A stretch of 64,000 bases of DNA from a virus (IMGVR_UViG_3300031951_000044); one strand, 5' to 3'; counted from the first letter of the stretch, positions 7,997 through 17,421 are shown. Notes: generated by a model not told the origin, from the letters alone. Translations and numbers: made by a program.

Positions 7997-8082
7997 TGTA
8001 CTTAGATTTTAGTTAGACATTTAATTTACCGAGACAAAATTACAACCTTCATTTGATTTATGCAAATCTTTTTTGTTAATTT

Positions 8083-8364
8083 TTAGTTAAGACACAAAAG
8101 TTTTACATCAATATTTGCTTGAACAGGTCCAAAGATTTCTTTGAGCATTTCCATTCCCTCCACAACATCTTCATGACGAGCAACAGCTACTTCATAAGGA
8201 TTGATTTCGTGAAATTTATGATTCAACCATTTATGCTCAGATGCACTAAAGGTGAAGGTTGCAAAGTCGTTGATTCTTGCTACGAGTTGGAACATGGTTG
8301 TTGTTGTTTTGGTTTGACCCCACAAAGGTATAACTATTTTCGTTACCTCCAAATACCTGAGCAA
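8083..8364 (-). CDS. hypothetical protein
   Basis: co-oriented ORF. Confidence 0.45.
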   Translation of the reverse strand: MLRYLEVTKIVIPLWGQTKTTTTMFQLVARINDFATFTFSASEHKWLNHKFHEINPYEVAVARHEDVVEGMEMLKEIFGPVQANIDVKLLCLN

Positions 8365-8370
8365 CTTTTT

Positions 8371-9225
8371 TTATCCCTCCACAAGTTCGCTCAATTCCCT
8401 AAAAATTTGTCGCTCACGATTTCCATAGGTTCCGAACATCTTATTCTCCGTACTATCACCTTTACCCAAAGAGTGCGTTGTGTATCGTGTCACACCTGAG
8501 AACAAACCCCACAAGGTATTACCCTTTTCTTTCAATTCGCGGAGCAAGTCATGTTCAAAAGTTGTGATGCGATTTCTTGTGGTTGTCGATACCGCATCAA
8601 TATCCATAAGATTAACATTATCCTTAACGTTAAACAATGTCTTGGTGACAAAATCTCGTTCCTTCGCACCAAACTCTGTTTCAAACATTCGTTTGATGGT
8701 TTCAAACATTTTTGCTTCTTCCTTCATTGCAACCTCCATACCTTTGCATACATCATCAATTCGCAATTCCATATTCTTGGTATGCTTAATCTTATTCTCC
8801 AATGTTCTGAAGACCGAGAAAAATGTATTCTGACATGAAATGGTCAAATTGCTTGGTCCGAACGCAAGACTTGTGGATCCATCGAATGAATTAATTCCGG
8901 TGATGTATCCAACAACTTTGTCAGAACCGAGCGAAAGGTCATTCGATTTAAGTTGGATGAATACTTTTTTACCCTCACCAAATAGACCACCTGAATGAAT
9001 TGGTAGACCAACTTGTGCGGAAACCCTATCCAAGAGTTCAACGAGTTGGTAATTCTGATATGCTTGATAACCTTCACCATGCACAGACAATACCTCATTA
9101 TTATCCTCACGGATGAGTGCTTTGCGATCCGGAATCACGATTCCGCTTGCTGTTACCATGCTTTCTTCACGAACGGTCCAGTTAAGTCCGGTTTCGTTCA
9201 AAACTTGTTCAATTCGATTGTTCAT
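8371..9225 (-). CDS. hypothetical protein (possibly DUF932-like phage/plasmid family); start reassigned to internal Met
   Basis: ORF-track start at 9342 would overlap upstream gene and promoter; MNNRIEQVLNETG... at 9225 lies just below promoter motif 9246-9266. Confidence 0.45.
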   Translation of the reverse strand: MNNRIEQVLNETGLNWTVREESMVTASGIVIPDRKALIREDNNEVLSVHGEGYQAYQNYQLVELLDRVSAQVGLPIHSGGLFGEGKKVFIQLKSNDLSLGSDKVVGYITGINSFDGSTSLAFGPSNLTISCQNTFFSVFRTLENKIKHTKNMELRIDDVCKGMEVAMKEEAKMFETIKRMFETEFGAKERDFVTKTLFNVKDNVNLMDIDAVSTTTRNRITTFEHDLLRELKEKGNTLWGLFSGVTRYTTHSLGKGDSTENKMFGTYGNRERQIFRELSELVEG

Positions 9226-9245
9226 GTTTGTTCTGTGTTTTAGAG

Positions 9246-9266
9246 TTTGACGATGCAAATATACAT
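9246..9266 (-). promoter_or_regulatory. phage promoter motif
   Basis: tttgacgatgcaaatatacat. Confidence 0.55.
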
Positions 9267-10081
9267 CAATTTTGTGATTCGCGCAACTTTTTAATCTCCG
9301 AGTTATCAACAATTTTGAAATCTTGTCGCGCAATTTTCTCAATCAAATCATCAAGATTAAATCGCATTGCTTCATCTTGTCGCCAACCATTCTTATAGAA
9401 TGTCGCATGAACGGTTTTCTTGTTAACTTTATGAATAAAGATATGTTCCGTTACCGTTCCACCTTTGTATTTGAACTCAATGGTAACACCATCTGCAATA
9501 GCTGACATAACCTTATTTCGTTGCTCTTCACGAACCCTTTGTTGAGTTTCTCGTACCAATTTATCCATCGGAGCGGAAATACTATACACTTTATTGTTCA
9601 TTTCATGGTAGACATGATATGCGCGAACAATCTGACTCTGAACTTCATCCATACGCTTTGCAATTTCCGCACAAAGCATCAAGTGAACAAAATCTTCAAC
9701 ATCAAATTTTGTGGATGAAAAACGCATACTTGACATCGACATTTCAATACCTTCAATTTCCACCTTATTATTAACATAATCGCGATTCTCTTTAACATAA
9801 ATGTTCAAATCACGACCCCAGTTTTTGCTATCCTTTTCTGTGATTCGCAACGTAGTAGAGTAACCGCCAAAATTCACATTAAGTCCAATGGTATCAGGTA
9901 CATCAACAAGACCTTTGAAGTAATATTCAAGATTACTATTGAGGTTCTTGATACCTACTTCATTCTCAGCATATACACTCTGAAGTTTCTCAAAAAGAAG
10001 GTCGTAAACCATCTTATCGGAATCGGTCATGTGTTCGTATGTTTTGCTCTTTTCCATTGTTGTTTTGGTTTGACGATGCAA
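9266..10081 (-). CDS. hypothetical protein (271 aa)
   Basis: co-oriented ORF; promoter motif 10069-10090. Confidence 0.5.
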   Translation of the reverse strand: MHRQTKTTMEKSKTYEHMTDSDKMVYDLLFEKLQSVYAENEVGIKNLNSNLEYYFKGLVDVPDTIGLNVNFGGYSTTLRITEKDSKNWGRDLNIYVKENRDYVNNKVEIEGIEMSMSSMRFSSTKFDVEDFVHLMLCAEIAKRMDEVQSQIVRAYHVYHEMNNKVYSISAPMDKLVRETQQRVREEQRNKVMSAIADGVTIEFKYKGGTVTEHIFIHKVNKKTVHATFYKNGWRQDEAMRFNLDDLIEKIARQDFKIVDNSEIKKLRESQN

Positions 10082-10090
10082 ATATATGTA
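10069..10090 (-). promoter_or_regulatory. phage promoter motif
   Basis: ttgacgatgcaaatatatgta. Confidence 0.55.
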
Positions 10091-10114
10091 TAATTCCGTT
10101 ACCTTTTACGATTG

Positions 10115-10393
10115 TTAATAACTAATTATGAATTTTTGGGGGTGTTTCTTCGCGCAAGAGTTACCAATATTAAAACAACCTTGACTTTTAGCACCAGTCA
10201 ATACTTCACAATTTTCATCTGTAACATCATTTGATACAATCAACCAATCTTCATTCATGTGAACCATTTTGGTTTCACCGGGTTTCATCGGAAGATAACA
10301 ACAAATGCAATAATTCCCATCACCTTCACCATATTTCTTACGATTTTTATCCTTAGCGGGAGAGACATACAAAGGGTGCGTGTATTGATTCAT
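10115..10393 (-). CDS. Cys-rich hypothetical protein
   Basis: CICCYLP...C...C pattern; promoter 10408-10428 (ttaatgcaaaggtataatg). Confidence 0.45.
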   Translation of the reverse strand: MNQYTHPLYVSPAKDKNRKKYGEGDGNYCICCYLPMKPGETKMVHMNEDWLIVSNDVTDENCEVLTGAKSQGCFNIGNSCAKKHPQKFIISY

Positions 10394-10460
10394 TGTTACT
10401 TTGGTTTTGATTAATGCAAAGGTATAATGAAAATTCTAATTCTGCAAATTTTATTACCCC

Positions 10461-10838
10461 CTAATATTCATCATCCCAATTATTGCTTGTTGGTGGAACA
10501 CGTCTTTGATAGACAGTACAAAAATCCTCTTCACCATACTTACAAGAATAAATACTACAATGTTCAGTATGAACATCTTTAATCATCCAAAGACATAGTT
10601 CTGTAAATTGTTCAGATTCAGATGGAACACATCTCGCAAAAGCCCAACCAACATTAATGTATTCCTTAACAATCTCTTTGCAGATTTCAAAAGATAATAC
10701 ACCATCTATTGATGCGGTATAATAATTAAAATCCGGAGATTTCTTTTTAAGAATATTATCAAATCTTGCTACTGCAATATTAACCTGTTCTTTAATTTTT
10801 TCAGAATCCGTAATAAGTTCATTTGGTTTAATTGCCAT
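10461..10838 (-). CDS. hypothetical protein
   Basis: co-oriented ORF; promoter 10851-10872. Confidence 0.45.
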   Translation of the reverse strand: MAIKPNELITDSEKIKEQVNIAVARFDNILKKKSPDFNYYTASIDGVLSFEICKEIVKEYINVGWAFARCVPSESEQFTELCLWMIKDVHTEHCSIYSCKYGEEDFCTVYQRRVPPTSNNWDDEY

Positions 10839-10874
10839 ATTATCTTTGGTTTAGTGATACAAAGGTACAAATAA

Positions 10875-11204
10875 TTATTGAACCACCAAATTAATTTTGA
10901 AAAGTTTATCCAACTCTCTCACAATCTGACCAAACACTTTAGCGTTCTCATAATCACCATCCTTCATTGCTTCCAACATCATATAACCATTAATGTCAGC
11001 AGAATCATGACATTCTACCATAACCATCATCATGTGATGTTGTGGAATTTCCCATTCACCACCATCAACGGGAAGTGAAGAAACGAGTTGGTAAACTTCA
11101 TCTTTGGTTACACAATAATCGTCCAACAAGTCATCGGTATCATGTATCACCATGAGTTTGTGTTGGAGTTCGTTAGAGATTATTTTTGAAATCGTGACCT
11201 TCAT
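10875..11204 (-). CDS. hypothetical protein
   Basis: co-oriented ORF. Confidence 0.45.
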   Translation of the reverse strand: MKVTISKIISNELQHKLMVIHDTDDLLDDYCVTKDEVYQLVSSLPVDGGEWEIPQHHMMMVMVECHDSADINGYMMLEAMKDGDYENAKVFGQIVRELDKLFKINLVVQ

Positions 11205-11545
11205 GGTTGTTTTGGTTTTATTGGTTCTACTCTTTCTCTCTTAACAATATTAATTACCTTAAAATAAGACTCAATCGGTCCATATCCGTGATTTGTCCTA
11301 ACTTCATATGGACGATAATCACTATACGATAAGTTAATAATTTTATGAGAATCATTAGGAAAACCAGTGCAATATTGCTTTTCATCTGAACACATTCCAT
11401 CTTTTAGTCTCAGACCCGTTAAATACCACTCACCATTTACAAGTCTTGACTCAACAATAGGAAAAACTTCATCACCCTCTTTCAAATCCTCATTTGAGAA
11501 AAATACATCCGAATCAATATCCTTAAAATAAATGCAAATTTTCAT
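11201..11545 (-). CDS. hypothetical protein
   Basis: co-oriented ORF; promoter 11556-11579. Confidence 0.45.
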   Translation of the reverse strand: MKICIYFKDIDSDVFFSNEDLKEGDEVFPIVESRLVNGEWYLTGLRLKDGMCSDEKQYCTGFPNDSHKIINLSYSDYRPYEVRTNHGYGPIESYFKVINIVKRERVEPIKPKQP

Positions 11546-11672
11546 TGTTATCTTTCATTTATGCAAAGGTACAAAAAATTCCGGTTCGATGCAAGTAAAA
11601 CTTTTCAACAATGGACCAATTTTTTGTTAAAAAGTTTGTGTATCTTTGCCCCAATGGTTGTTTAATTTATAT

Positions 11673-11858
11673 CTACTCATCCTTAAACAAAATTATATCA
11701 CCATCCCCATCAACATCAACGTCATCCCACTTACCCATCGCTCGATAACGACTGAGGACAGTATCGGTGTCTTTGCTATCAAAGACTTCCAATGTCCTCA
11801 TATTGTCAGCATCAATCACTCGTTGCTTATTCATGGTCGTCATTTTTAATTTATGCAA
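11673..11858 (-). CDS. hypothetical acidic protein
   Basis: co-oriented ORF; promoter 11848-11872 (ttatgcaaagctacaacaaaaat). Confidence 0.4.
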   Translation of the reverse strand: MHKLKMTTMNKQRVIDADNMRTLEVFDSKDTDTVLSRYRAMGKWDDVDVDGDGDIILFKDE

Positions 11859-12126
11859 AGCTACAACAAAAATTCAAAAATACAAGCGCCAACGAAAAAT
11901 AATTTTTGACCATACCCCACACTAATAAGGAACGTGCGTGTGCGCGAAGTATACGCAAAAGACTTCGTATTTCCAAATAGTTTGAAAGAAAAAGTTATTA
12001 ACAGAAAAAAAATGTTAAAATCCTTGCTTTTGTTATATTTATTGTTATATGTTCTTTAGCTATTGCAGAATCAAAAAGTTCTCCGTATCTTGCTGGGTTT
12101 TTGAGATTAATTCGGTCCTATTAGAC

Positions 12127-12240
12127 GTTATGGACGCTATTGTATTAAGCTGTATAGCGTCTATTGTATTAGGCGTTATGGACGCTATTGTATTAAGCTG
12201 TATAGCGTCTATTGTATTAGGCGTTATGGACGCTAATAGG
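12127..12240. repeat. 48-bp tandem repeat x2.3 (iteron-like) inside 650-bp noncoding region
   Basis: gttatggacgctattgtattaagctgtatagcgtctattgtattaggc repeated at 12127, 12175, 12223; flanked by ttaataagttaataagttaat micro-repeats. Confidence 0.8.
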
Positions 12241-12507
12241 ATTACTGAAGTCAAGATGAAATTGTAATAAAAAAATAAATTCAACACAAAAAAAATAGTT
12301 AAAGTTAATAAGTTAATAAGTTAATTTGGAAATTTAATATTTAATGTTATTCATTGTTCATCTATTCCAAATTAAAAAAAATATTCGTAACTTGTGAGAT
12401 TTTTCAACTTAACTCAAACCTATTATTAACCATAAAACGTATTGTATTATGTGTTATTGTATCTAATAGAAAAATTAGACTAAAAAACGAATTTTTAATT
12501 TTTATTA

Positions 12508-12702
12508 TTATTTTTTTTCAGAATATTGATGACATAACACAACTTCTTTGGTTTCCTCGTCAACTATCACACTGACTATTGGTTTATCAACTCTATATCT
12601 AATTTCATCTTCAAAAATACCTTCCTCACCATTAACAATCGAATAATCTAGAAATTCTTCTGGTAATGTTTTCAAAAATTCTAATAGTTCTTTTGTTTTC
12701 AT
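12508..12702 (-). CDS. hypothetical protein
   Basis: co-oriented ORF. Confidence 0.4.
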   Translation of the reverse strand: MKTKELLEFLKTLPEEFLDYSIVNGEEGIFEDEIRYRVDKPIVSVIVDEETKEVVLCHQYSEKK

Positions 12703-12741
12703 TATAAATTTTCTATTTTTTTTTAATCTTATTAAATAAGA

Positions 12742-12770
12742 GGGGGGGGGAGGGGGGGGGAAGGAAAGGA
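12742..12770. repeat. homopolymeric purine tract G9-A-G9 (C-tract in 5' leader of minus-strand gene)
   Basis: aggggggggg aggggggggg aaggaaagga. Confidence 0.9.
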
Positions 12771-12779
12771 AGACGGGAA

Positions 12780-12959
12780 TTATTCTTGCACAACAAAATA
12801 TTTGAACGCTTCAACCTCTTCTTTAAAAATATCATCCGGTCCATAATGTTTCTTTATAAAAACATTTGCTTCTTCCTCAGTTTCAAAACCATGTGTAATG
12901 TATTGTACATATGGTTTTTCATTAGGTAAATTAACAGTTCTGTATATTGTGTAACTCAT
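12780..12959 (-). CDS. hypothetical small protein (59 aa)
   Basis: manual ORF MSYTIYRTVNLPNEKPYVQYITHGFETEEEANVFIKKHYGPDDIFKEEVEAFKYFVVQE between the two G-tracts. Confidence 0.35.
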   Translation of the reverse strand: MSYTIYRTVNLPNEKPYVQYITHGFETEEEANVFIKKHYGPDDIFKEEVEAFKYFVVQE

Positions 12960-12979
12960 TTTATTATTTTTTTTGTTAA

Positions 12980-13010
12980 GGGGGGGGGGGGAGGGGAGAA
13001 GGAACGGAGA
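12980..13010. repeat. homopolymeric purine tract G12-A-G4 (second copy)
   Basis: gggggggggggg aggggagaaggaacggag. Confidence 0.9.
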
Positions 13011-13014
13011 TTAT

Positions 13015-13317
13015 TTATTCTGGATAACCTTTAAATTTTGTTGGTTTTTTATTTTCCATCTTTTCTTTCTCTAACACATGTTTTATAAATTCATTAATAT
13101 CGGAACTTAAATTAAACATTAAATTTGTTACAGTGGTACATTCTCTCCAATAGGTAAAAAGTATATAATTAAAAACCTTTACAAATGTTTTACGTTCAAG
13201 AATGTGATATTCCAGACCATCATTTGATGGTATAAAACGAATTCTTGTGTTTTTATCAATATAATAAATATTTTTCATTTTAAGAAAAATTAAAATATTG
13301 TTCACAATAGATATCAA
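13015..13317 (-). CDS. hypothetical protein
   Basis: co-oriented ORF. Confidence 0.4.
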   Translation of the reverse strand: MISIVNNILIFLKMKNIYYIDKNTRIRFIPSNDGLEYHILERKTFVKVFNYILFTYWRECTTVTNLMFNLSSDINEFIKHVLEKEKMENKKPTKFKGYPE

Positions 13318-13570
13318 TCATCGCTCTATCTTTATTTTTTTCCAATTTGTCAATTAAAGTTTTTGAAAGACATTCAACGACATATTGATTTTTGGGATTA
13401 AATCCTTCCTCATATTTAACACCAACCATATAATAATCCGCATATTGTTGTCCAATATGTCTTGACATGCTCGATAAAGCTTGTTCTTTTGTATTTGCAT
13501 CAACAATATTTAAGAAAACTGTTCTTCCTTCACCTGTCGCAAAATAATCAATCCAAAGCGTATAAATCAT
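13280..13570 (-). CDS. hypothetical protein
   Basis: co-oriented ORF. Confidence 0.4.
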   Translation of the reverse strand: MIYTLWIDYFATGEGRTVFLNIVDANTKEQALSSMSRHIGQQYADYYMVGVKYEEGFNPKNQYVVECLSKTLIDKLEKNKDRAMIDIYCEQYFNFS

Positions 13571-13947
13571 TTTTCTAGTTGTTCTATATATGTTTTTGTT
13601 ATCCTAACAACCAATTCCGACTCACTATCTAGTTTATAATAAGCTTCATTATATAATTTTTTATACCAATCTGAATTATATAAATCTTTATATATTTTAT
13701 CAATTATTAATAAATCAATATCTTTATTAATTTTATAATTACGTAAAATATCAAAAAGTCTTCTTATGATTGGTAAAATTAAATATGAGACACCGGTTTC
13801 ATCAAAAATATTTTCAGATAAAAGATTGTATTTTACAACCGCATCATTAAAATATTTTACAAGTTTAATTTTCTCATCATCTGATAAATTAACCAATAAT
13901 CCAGTATATTCCCACTTTTCCAGTGTTAGTTGTTCACCCCTTAGCAT
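13567..13947 (-). CDS. hypothetical protein
   Basis: co-oriented ORF. Confidence 0.45.
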   Translation of the reverse strand: MLRGEQLTLEKWEYTGLLVNLSDDEKIKLVKYFNDAVVKYNLLSENIFDETGVSYLILPIIRRLFDILRNYKINKDIDLLIIDKIYKDLYNSDWYKKLYNEAYYKLDSESELVVRITKTYIEQLEK

Positions 13948-13950
13948 TTT

Positions 13951-14154
13951 CTACAGTTCTCCAAACTCGTTTAATTTTTTTGTTATGTGTGCTATAGCCT
14001 CATCACGATTGTTCGCATAAAATGGGGTTATAACCACACTCACAAATGGATTTCCTTCACAATCATCAGTATAGTCTTTATGGTCTCCAAACCATCGTTT
14101 AACTTGGATATTACCGTTTGAATGTAGATATCCCCACCACATTAAGTCACTCAT
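13951..14154 (-). CDS. hypothetical protein
   Basis: co-oriented ORF. Confidence 0.4.
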   Translation of the reverse strand: MSDLMWWGYLHSNGNIQVKRWFGDHKDYTDDCEGNPFVSVVITPFYANNRDEAIAHITKKLNEFGEL

Positions 14155-14438
14155 TAGTTTAGAATTAAATAGTTATATAATATATTCTCGATTGAGAGCA
14201 TTTTATCAATCGTATCATTAAATTTTTTGATTTCTTTTTCCACAATAACTTTATTTGCTTTTTCAATAAAAGATTTATTATTTAGTGTTTTTTCAACTGA
14301 ATCCAAAAACTCCCAAAGTCTTTCTAATTCGCTAATTAAATTTTTAATCTCATCGAATTTATTAACCCTATCATTAGATGATCCATAAATTTCATATGTT
14401 ACATTATCAATTATTACCGTCTTTAATAACGTCTTCAT
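14154..14438 (-). CDS. hypothetical protein
   Basis: co-oriented ORF. Confidence 0.4.
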   Translation of the reverse strand: MKTLLKTVIIDNVTYEIYGSSNDRVNKFDEIKNLISELERLWEFLDSVEKTLNNKSFIEKANKVIVEKEIKKFNDTIDKMLSIENILYNYLILN

Positions 14439-14603
14439 ACTAATTTATTGTTTAAAAATCATTTTTTATCCGTTTTTTTAAGAAAAATTTGTACGCTAAA
14501 TAATAAACCAATGAGAGAAATAAATGCTATAATAAAAATTTCGTGTGATTGCATTGTAATATATGTTTAATGTTAGACAATAAGTTGGTGATTTGGTTGC
14601 CTA

Positions 14604-15185
14604 CTAATCATTCAATTCTTCCTCCAAATAATCAATTTCTTTTTGCAACTCATCAAGTTCAAGTCTAGCCTGTTCCAATCTTTCTCTTTTTTCTTCCTCC
14701 TCATTATCATTAATTTCAGTTTCATCTCTGGTAACGTTAGTTGAATCGGAATCAATTTGTATTCTATAGTTATATCCGTAACTTTCATCAGTAAAATACA
14801 AAGTTACCTCATCTGAGTTATTCAAATCAACTGAAACTTCTAAGTCATGTTCTCCTTCAAAAGCAATTAAAGTGTCTAACGTATTCATAATACTAGCTAA
14901 AGGTTCTTGTTCTTTTAAAAGAAAGAAATCAACCGCTTCCGGAACTTCATATGGGTCATCAATAATAACACTAAAATCATCACCATTTGAAGATTTAAAA
15001 ATAAGAGTAATCTCTTCAATTTCATTATTAAGATTGAGTTTTACCTCAAAATCCATTTCAGGATGAAAATCATTTTGAATTGTAATACTTTCATTAAAAC
15101 CAATTAAATTTTCCTGAACCAATTTGCTCATTTCTGTAATTCCATTGAATACTTTTTCAGTATCTCTAAGTTTAATTTTTTGCAT
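14604..15185 (-). CDS. hypothetical acidic protein with C-terminal coiled coil
   Basis: ORF 193 aa, E/D-rich C-terminus. Confidence 0.45.
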   Translation of the reverse strand: MQKIKLRDTEKVFNGITEMSKLVQENLIGFNESITIQNDFHPEMDFEVKLNLNNEIEEITLIFKSSNGDDFSVIIDDPYEVPEAVDFFLLKEQEPLASIMNTLDTLIAFEGEHDLEVSVDLNNSDEVTLYFTDESYGYNYRIQIDSDSTNVTRDETEINDNEEEEKRERLEQARLELDELQKEIDYLEEELND

Positions 15186-15238
15186 TTTTATTTGATTTAA
15201 AATTTTATATTAAATTATAGTTGAATTTGGTGTTAGAA

Positions 15239-15517
15239 TCAAATCAATTTATCCAAAATATTTTTCATGTATGTGCATTTTTCATATTCTTCGATGTGTG
15301 GTTGCGAAAAATATTGAATTGCTCTGGTTAAAGATTTAATTTTCACGTCTTTGGTTAAAGCTCTTGCTTTTGTTTTAATAAACCTTTCATCACCCATATC
15401 AATTAAATCATTATAAAATGACTCATAAAGAAATCTTGTCATTCTTTCATTATCAATTAGATTAGTTTCATTTTTTTCAAATTTTTCATCATCCAAAAAA
15501 AGGTGTGCGTCATACAT
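15239..15517 (-). CDS. hypothetical protein
   Basis: co-oriented ORF. Confidence 0.4.
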   Translation of the reverse strand: MYDAHLFLDDEKFEKNETNLIDNERMTRFLYESFYNDLIDMGDERFIKTKARALTKDVKIKSLTRAIQYFSQPHIEEYEKCTYMKNILDKLI

Positions 15518-15574
15518 TTTTTAATATTTTTAATTTGTTTCACAAAGATATGGAATCCTTTTCGATTTCCAAAA

Positions 15575-15889
15575 TTATTCTTCTCTAATAGAGATTTTTT
15601 TAATATATACAATAGTTGATTTTGGTATTGAAACACAATAACCAATCATGTTCTCATTTCTAAAATAACTATCAGTTAAGACTAGCTTATTTGCGTCCTG
15701 ATAAACGATAAATCCAAGTTGTGTTACCGTATCTTGTTGTGCTCCTGACCATTCCAGCATTTCGTCATATGTTCTCCATCCACCATCTGTTGCTGTAATA
15801 TCAACCCATTTTATTAAAACTGGTTGGTAATCCTGTGAATAAACATTAATTCCAATAGCTAAAAATATTAAAAAAAGTAAATTTCTCAT
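15575..15889 (-). CDS. secreted hypothetical protein (signal peptide)
   Basis: MRNLLFLIFLAIGINVYSQ N-terminus. Confidence 0.45.
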   Translation of the reverse strand: MRNLLFLIFLAIGINVYSQDYQPVLIKWVDITATDGGWRTYDEMLEWSGAQQDTVTQLGFIVYQDANKLVLTDSYFRNENMIGYCVSIPKSTIVYIKKISIREE

Positions 15890-16146
15890 TTTTGATTATC
15901 ATTTAAAAGATTCCAGAAAGAACCATAAACATTATTATAATAATTTCTTTCTTCACCCTGATATGGTCCTTCCATTCCTTGCATTCTACTCCAAATATTA
16001 ATATTATCTAAAATTTGACGATATCTATCGTCATTTAATGAATAATTTCTACAGAGATACATTTGGTTAAAAACATTTTCATACATCTCAACTTTTTGTT
16101 TCAAAGTTGGTTTTTTATAGTTTCCCCTCTTATCTTTCATAATCAA
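15886..16146 (-). CDS. hypothetical protein
   Basis: co-oriented ORF. Confidence 0.4.
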   Translation of the reverse strand: MIMKDKRGNYKKPTLKQKVEMYENVFNQMYLCRNYSLNDDRYRQILDNINIWSRMQGMEGPYQGEERNYYNNVYGSFWNLLNDNQK

Positions 16147-16180
16147 TTATTTATGACCAAAAGATAGAAAAACTTTTTCG

Positions 16181-16702
16181 TTATTTCAATATCTCACCAT
16201 TAAAAAGTCTTAACGAAGGTGTTTTTGAATAATCGGTAATTGTTACCTTCTCAACATAAATTCCCCACTTTTTAGCTTCAACTCTTGCTTGTTTTGTTAT
16301 GAGTGAACTTAAATTTGATGTATAAGATTCTTCCCAAGTTTTTGTTCTTATTATCTCATAAATAACACCACCGGTCATATCCGATAATGCATCAATTGCA
16401 TCATAAACTTCAACACCAAATATCTTAATATCTTCTATTTTATATTTTATATGTCCTCTAATAACAACATTAATTCCATCGCTGGTAACTATGCTTTGTG
16501 GTGGTAATGTAATTGTTGTATATACAACGGGATGTATTTCAATATCATCAAAAAATGGAATTTTAAACTGAATACCGGGTTTTACAACCTTTCTAAATTT
16601 ACCGAATCTAAATAAAACTCCTTGCTGATAATCCTTTAGGACTTTAAAAGGAATTATCTGCTCAATAATCTCAAGAATAAAATCAATTAGTTTTTCTAGC
16701 AT
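16181..16702 (-). CDS. SPFH/band-7 domain protein
   Basis: PGIQFKIPFFDDIEIHPVVYTTITLPPQSIVTSDGINVVIRGHIKYKIED matches SPFH core. Confidence 0.55.
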   Translation of the reverse strand: MLEKLIDFILEIIEQIIPFKVLKDYQQGVLFRFGKFRKVVKPGIQFKIPFFDDIEIHPVVYTTITLPPQSIVTSDGINVVIRGHIKYKIEDIKIFGVEVYDAIDALSDMTGGVIYEIIRTKTWEESYTSNLSSLITKQARVEAKKWGIYVEKVTITDYSKTPSLRLFNGEILK

Positions 16703-16756
16703 TTAATTCTTAATTATTAATAATATAATCCCCATTTTATAAATATCAAGAAAAGT

Positions 16757-16790
16757 TAAAATCCCCACTTTTTGGGTGGGGATTTTATTT
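16757..16790 (-). terminator. intrinsic terminator hairpin
   Basis: aaaatccccac-tttttg-ggtggggatttt, T-rich flanks on both strands. Confidence 0.55.
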
Positions 16791-16804
16791 AATTTTTGTG
16801 GTTA

Positions 16805-17020
16805 TTAAAGACTATAACCAATTTCGCTATTTTTTCTGCGCATGTAGCTAATTTCATATGCGGTATCAGCAGTTTCTTCATTAATTCTGCGTTCTGCCGC
16901 TAACATTCTGCGAGTGTGGTTGGGACTCATTCCGGTTTCAGAGATAATTCTGGAGACATCACCTTCGCGTCTACGTGCATTAAAAAATGCTAACTTTGCT
17001 GTACGATTAAGATTTTTCAT
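16805..17020 (-). CDS. hypothetical basic protein
   Basis: co-oriented ORF. Confidence 0.4.
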   Translation of the reverse strand: MKNLNRTAKLAFFNARRREGDVSRIISETGMSPNHTRRMLAAERRINEETADTAYEISYMRRKNSEIGYSL

Positions 17021-17097
17021 TTTATAAAAGTTTTAATTTGTTTATAACTCAAATATAGTAAACTTTTTGCACTTGACAAGCCTTAAAACGAACTTTT

Positions 17098-17421
17098 TTA
17101 TCTTTTTAAGATATTTTTGGACATGGTTTCCAAAATTTTTTTAATCTCGGAATATTCTCTCTCATCAAAGTTAACATGTTTGTGTAATAAATCAATGACA
17201 CCAAATAAATCTGCGTCAGTTATAATATAAGAAGAGGTCATTAGTGGTTTAGTATTCCACTTGTTTTTTGCTTTTTTAAACATAACTTTACCAATCTGAT
17301 TAGCTTCTCTGTTATCCCAAATAACATTTATGGTGTCACCATCAATTTTTTCTTTTCTTAACCAAAAAAGTCTTGGTAAAATATTTTTTATATTAATTAT
17401 TACATCTTCTCTAAATTCCAT
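17098..17421 (-). CDS. hypothetical protein
   Basis: co-oriented ORF. Confidence 0.45.
   Translation of the reverse strand: MEFREDVIINIKNILPRLFWLRKEKIDGDTINVIWDNREANQIGKVMFKKAKNKWNTKPLMTSSYIITDADLFGVIDLLHKHVNFDEREYSEIKKILETMSKNILKR

Larger units (their letters stand above)
7480..8000. repeat. ~260-300 bp tandem duplication (two units incl. hairpin + AT-hook gene)
   Basis: tcgctctgctcgttcgcgcaacttttgttgacgcttagagt... at 7583 and 7882; hairpin-like ggtgggg..cggtga.. at 7500 and 7810. Confidence 0.7.

Noticed and set aside
7508-8016. Plus-strand ORFs 7508..7765, 7672..8016, 7737..7928
   Set aside because: Minus-strand reading of the same duplicated units gives two paralogous AT-hook peptides with promoters and a downstream hairpin; plus-strand products are low-complexity.
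12049-12287. ORFs 12049..12267 (+) / 12060..12287 (-) encoding VMDAIVLSCIASIVLG repeats
   Set aside because: Reading frames are a by-product of the 48-bp tandem DNA repeat; both strands give ORFs; more likely iterons than a gene.
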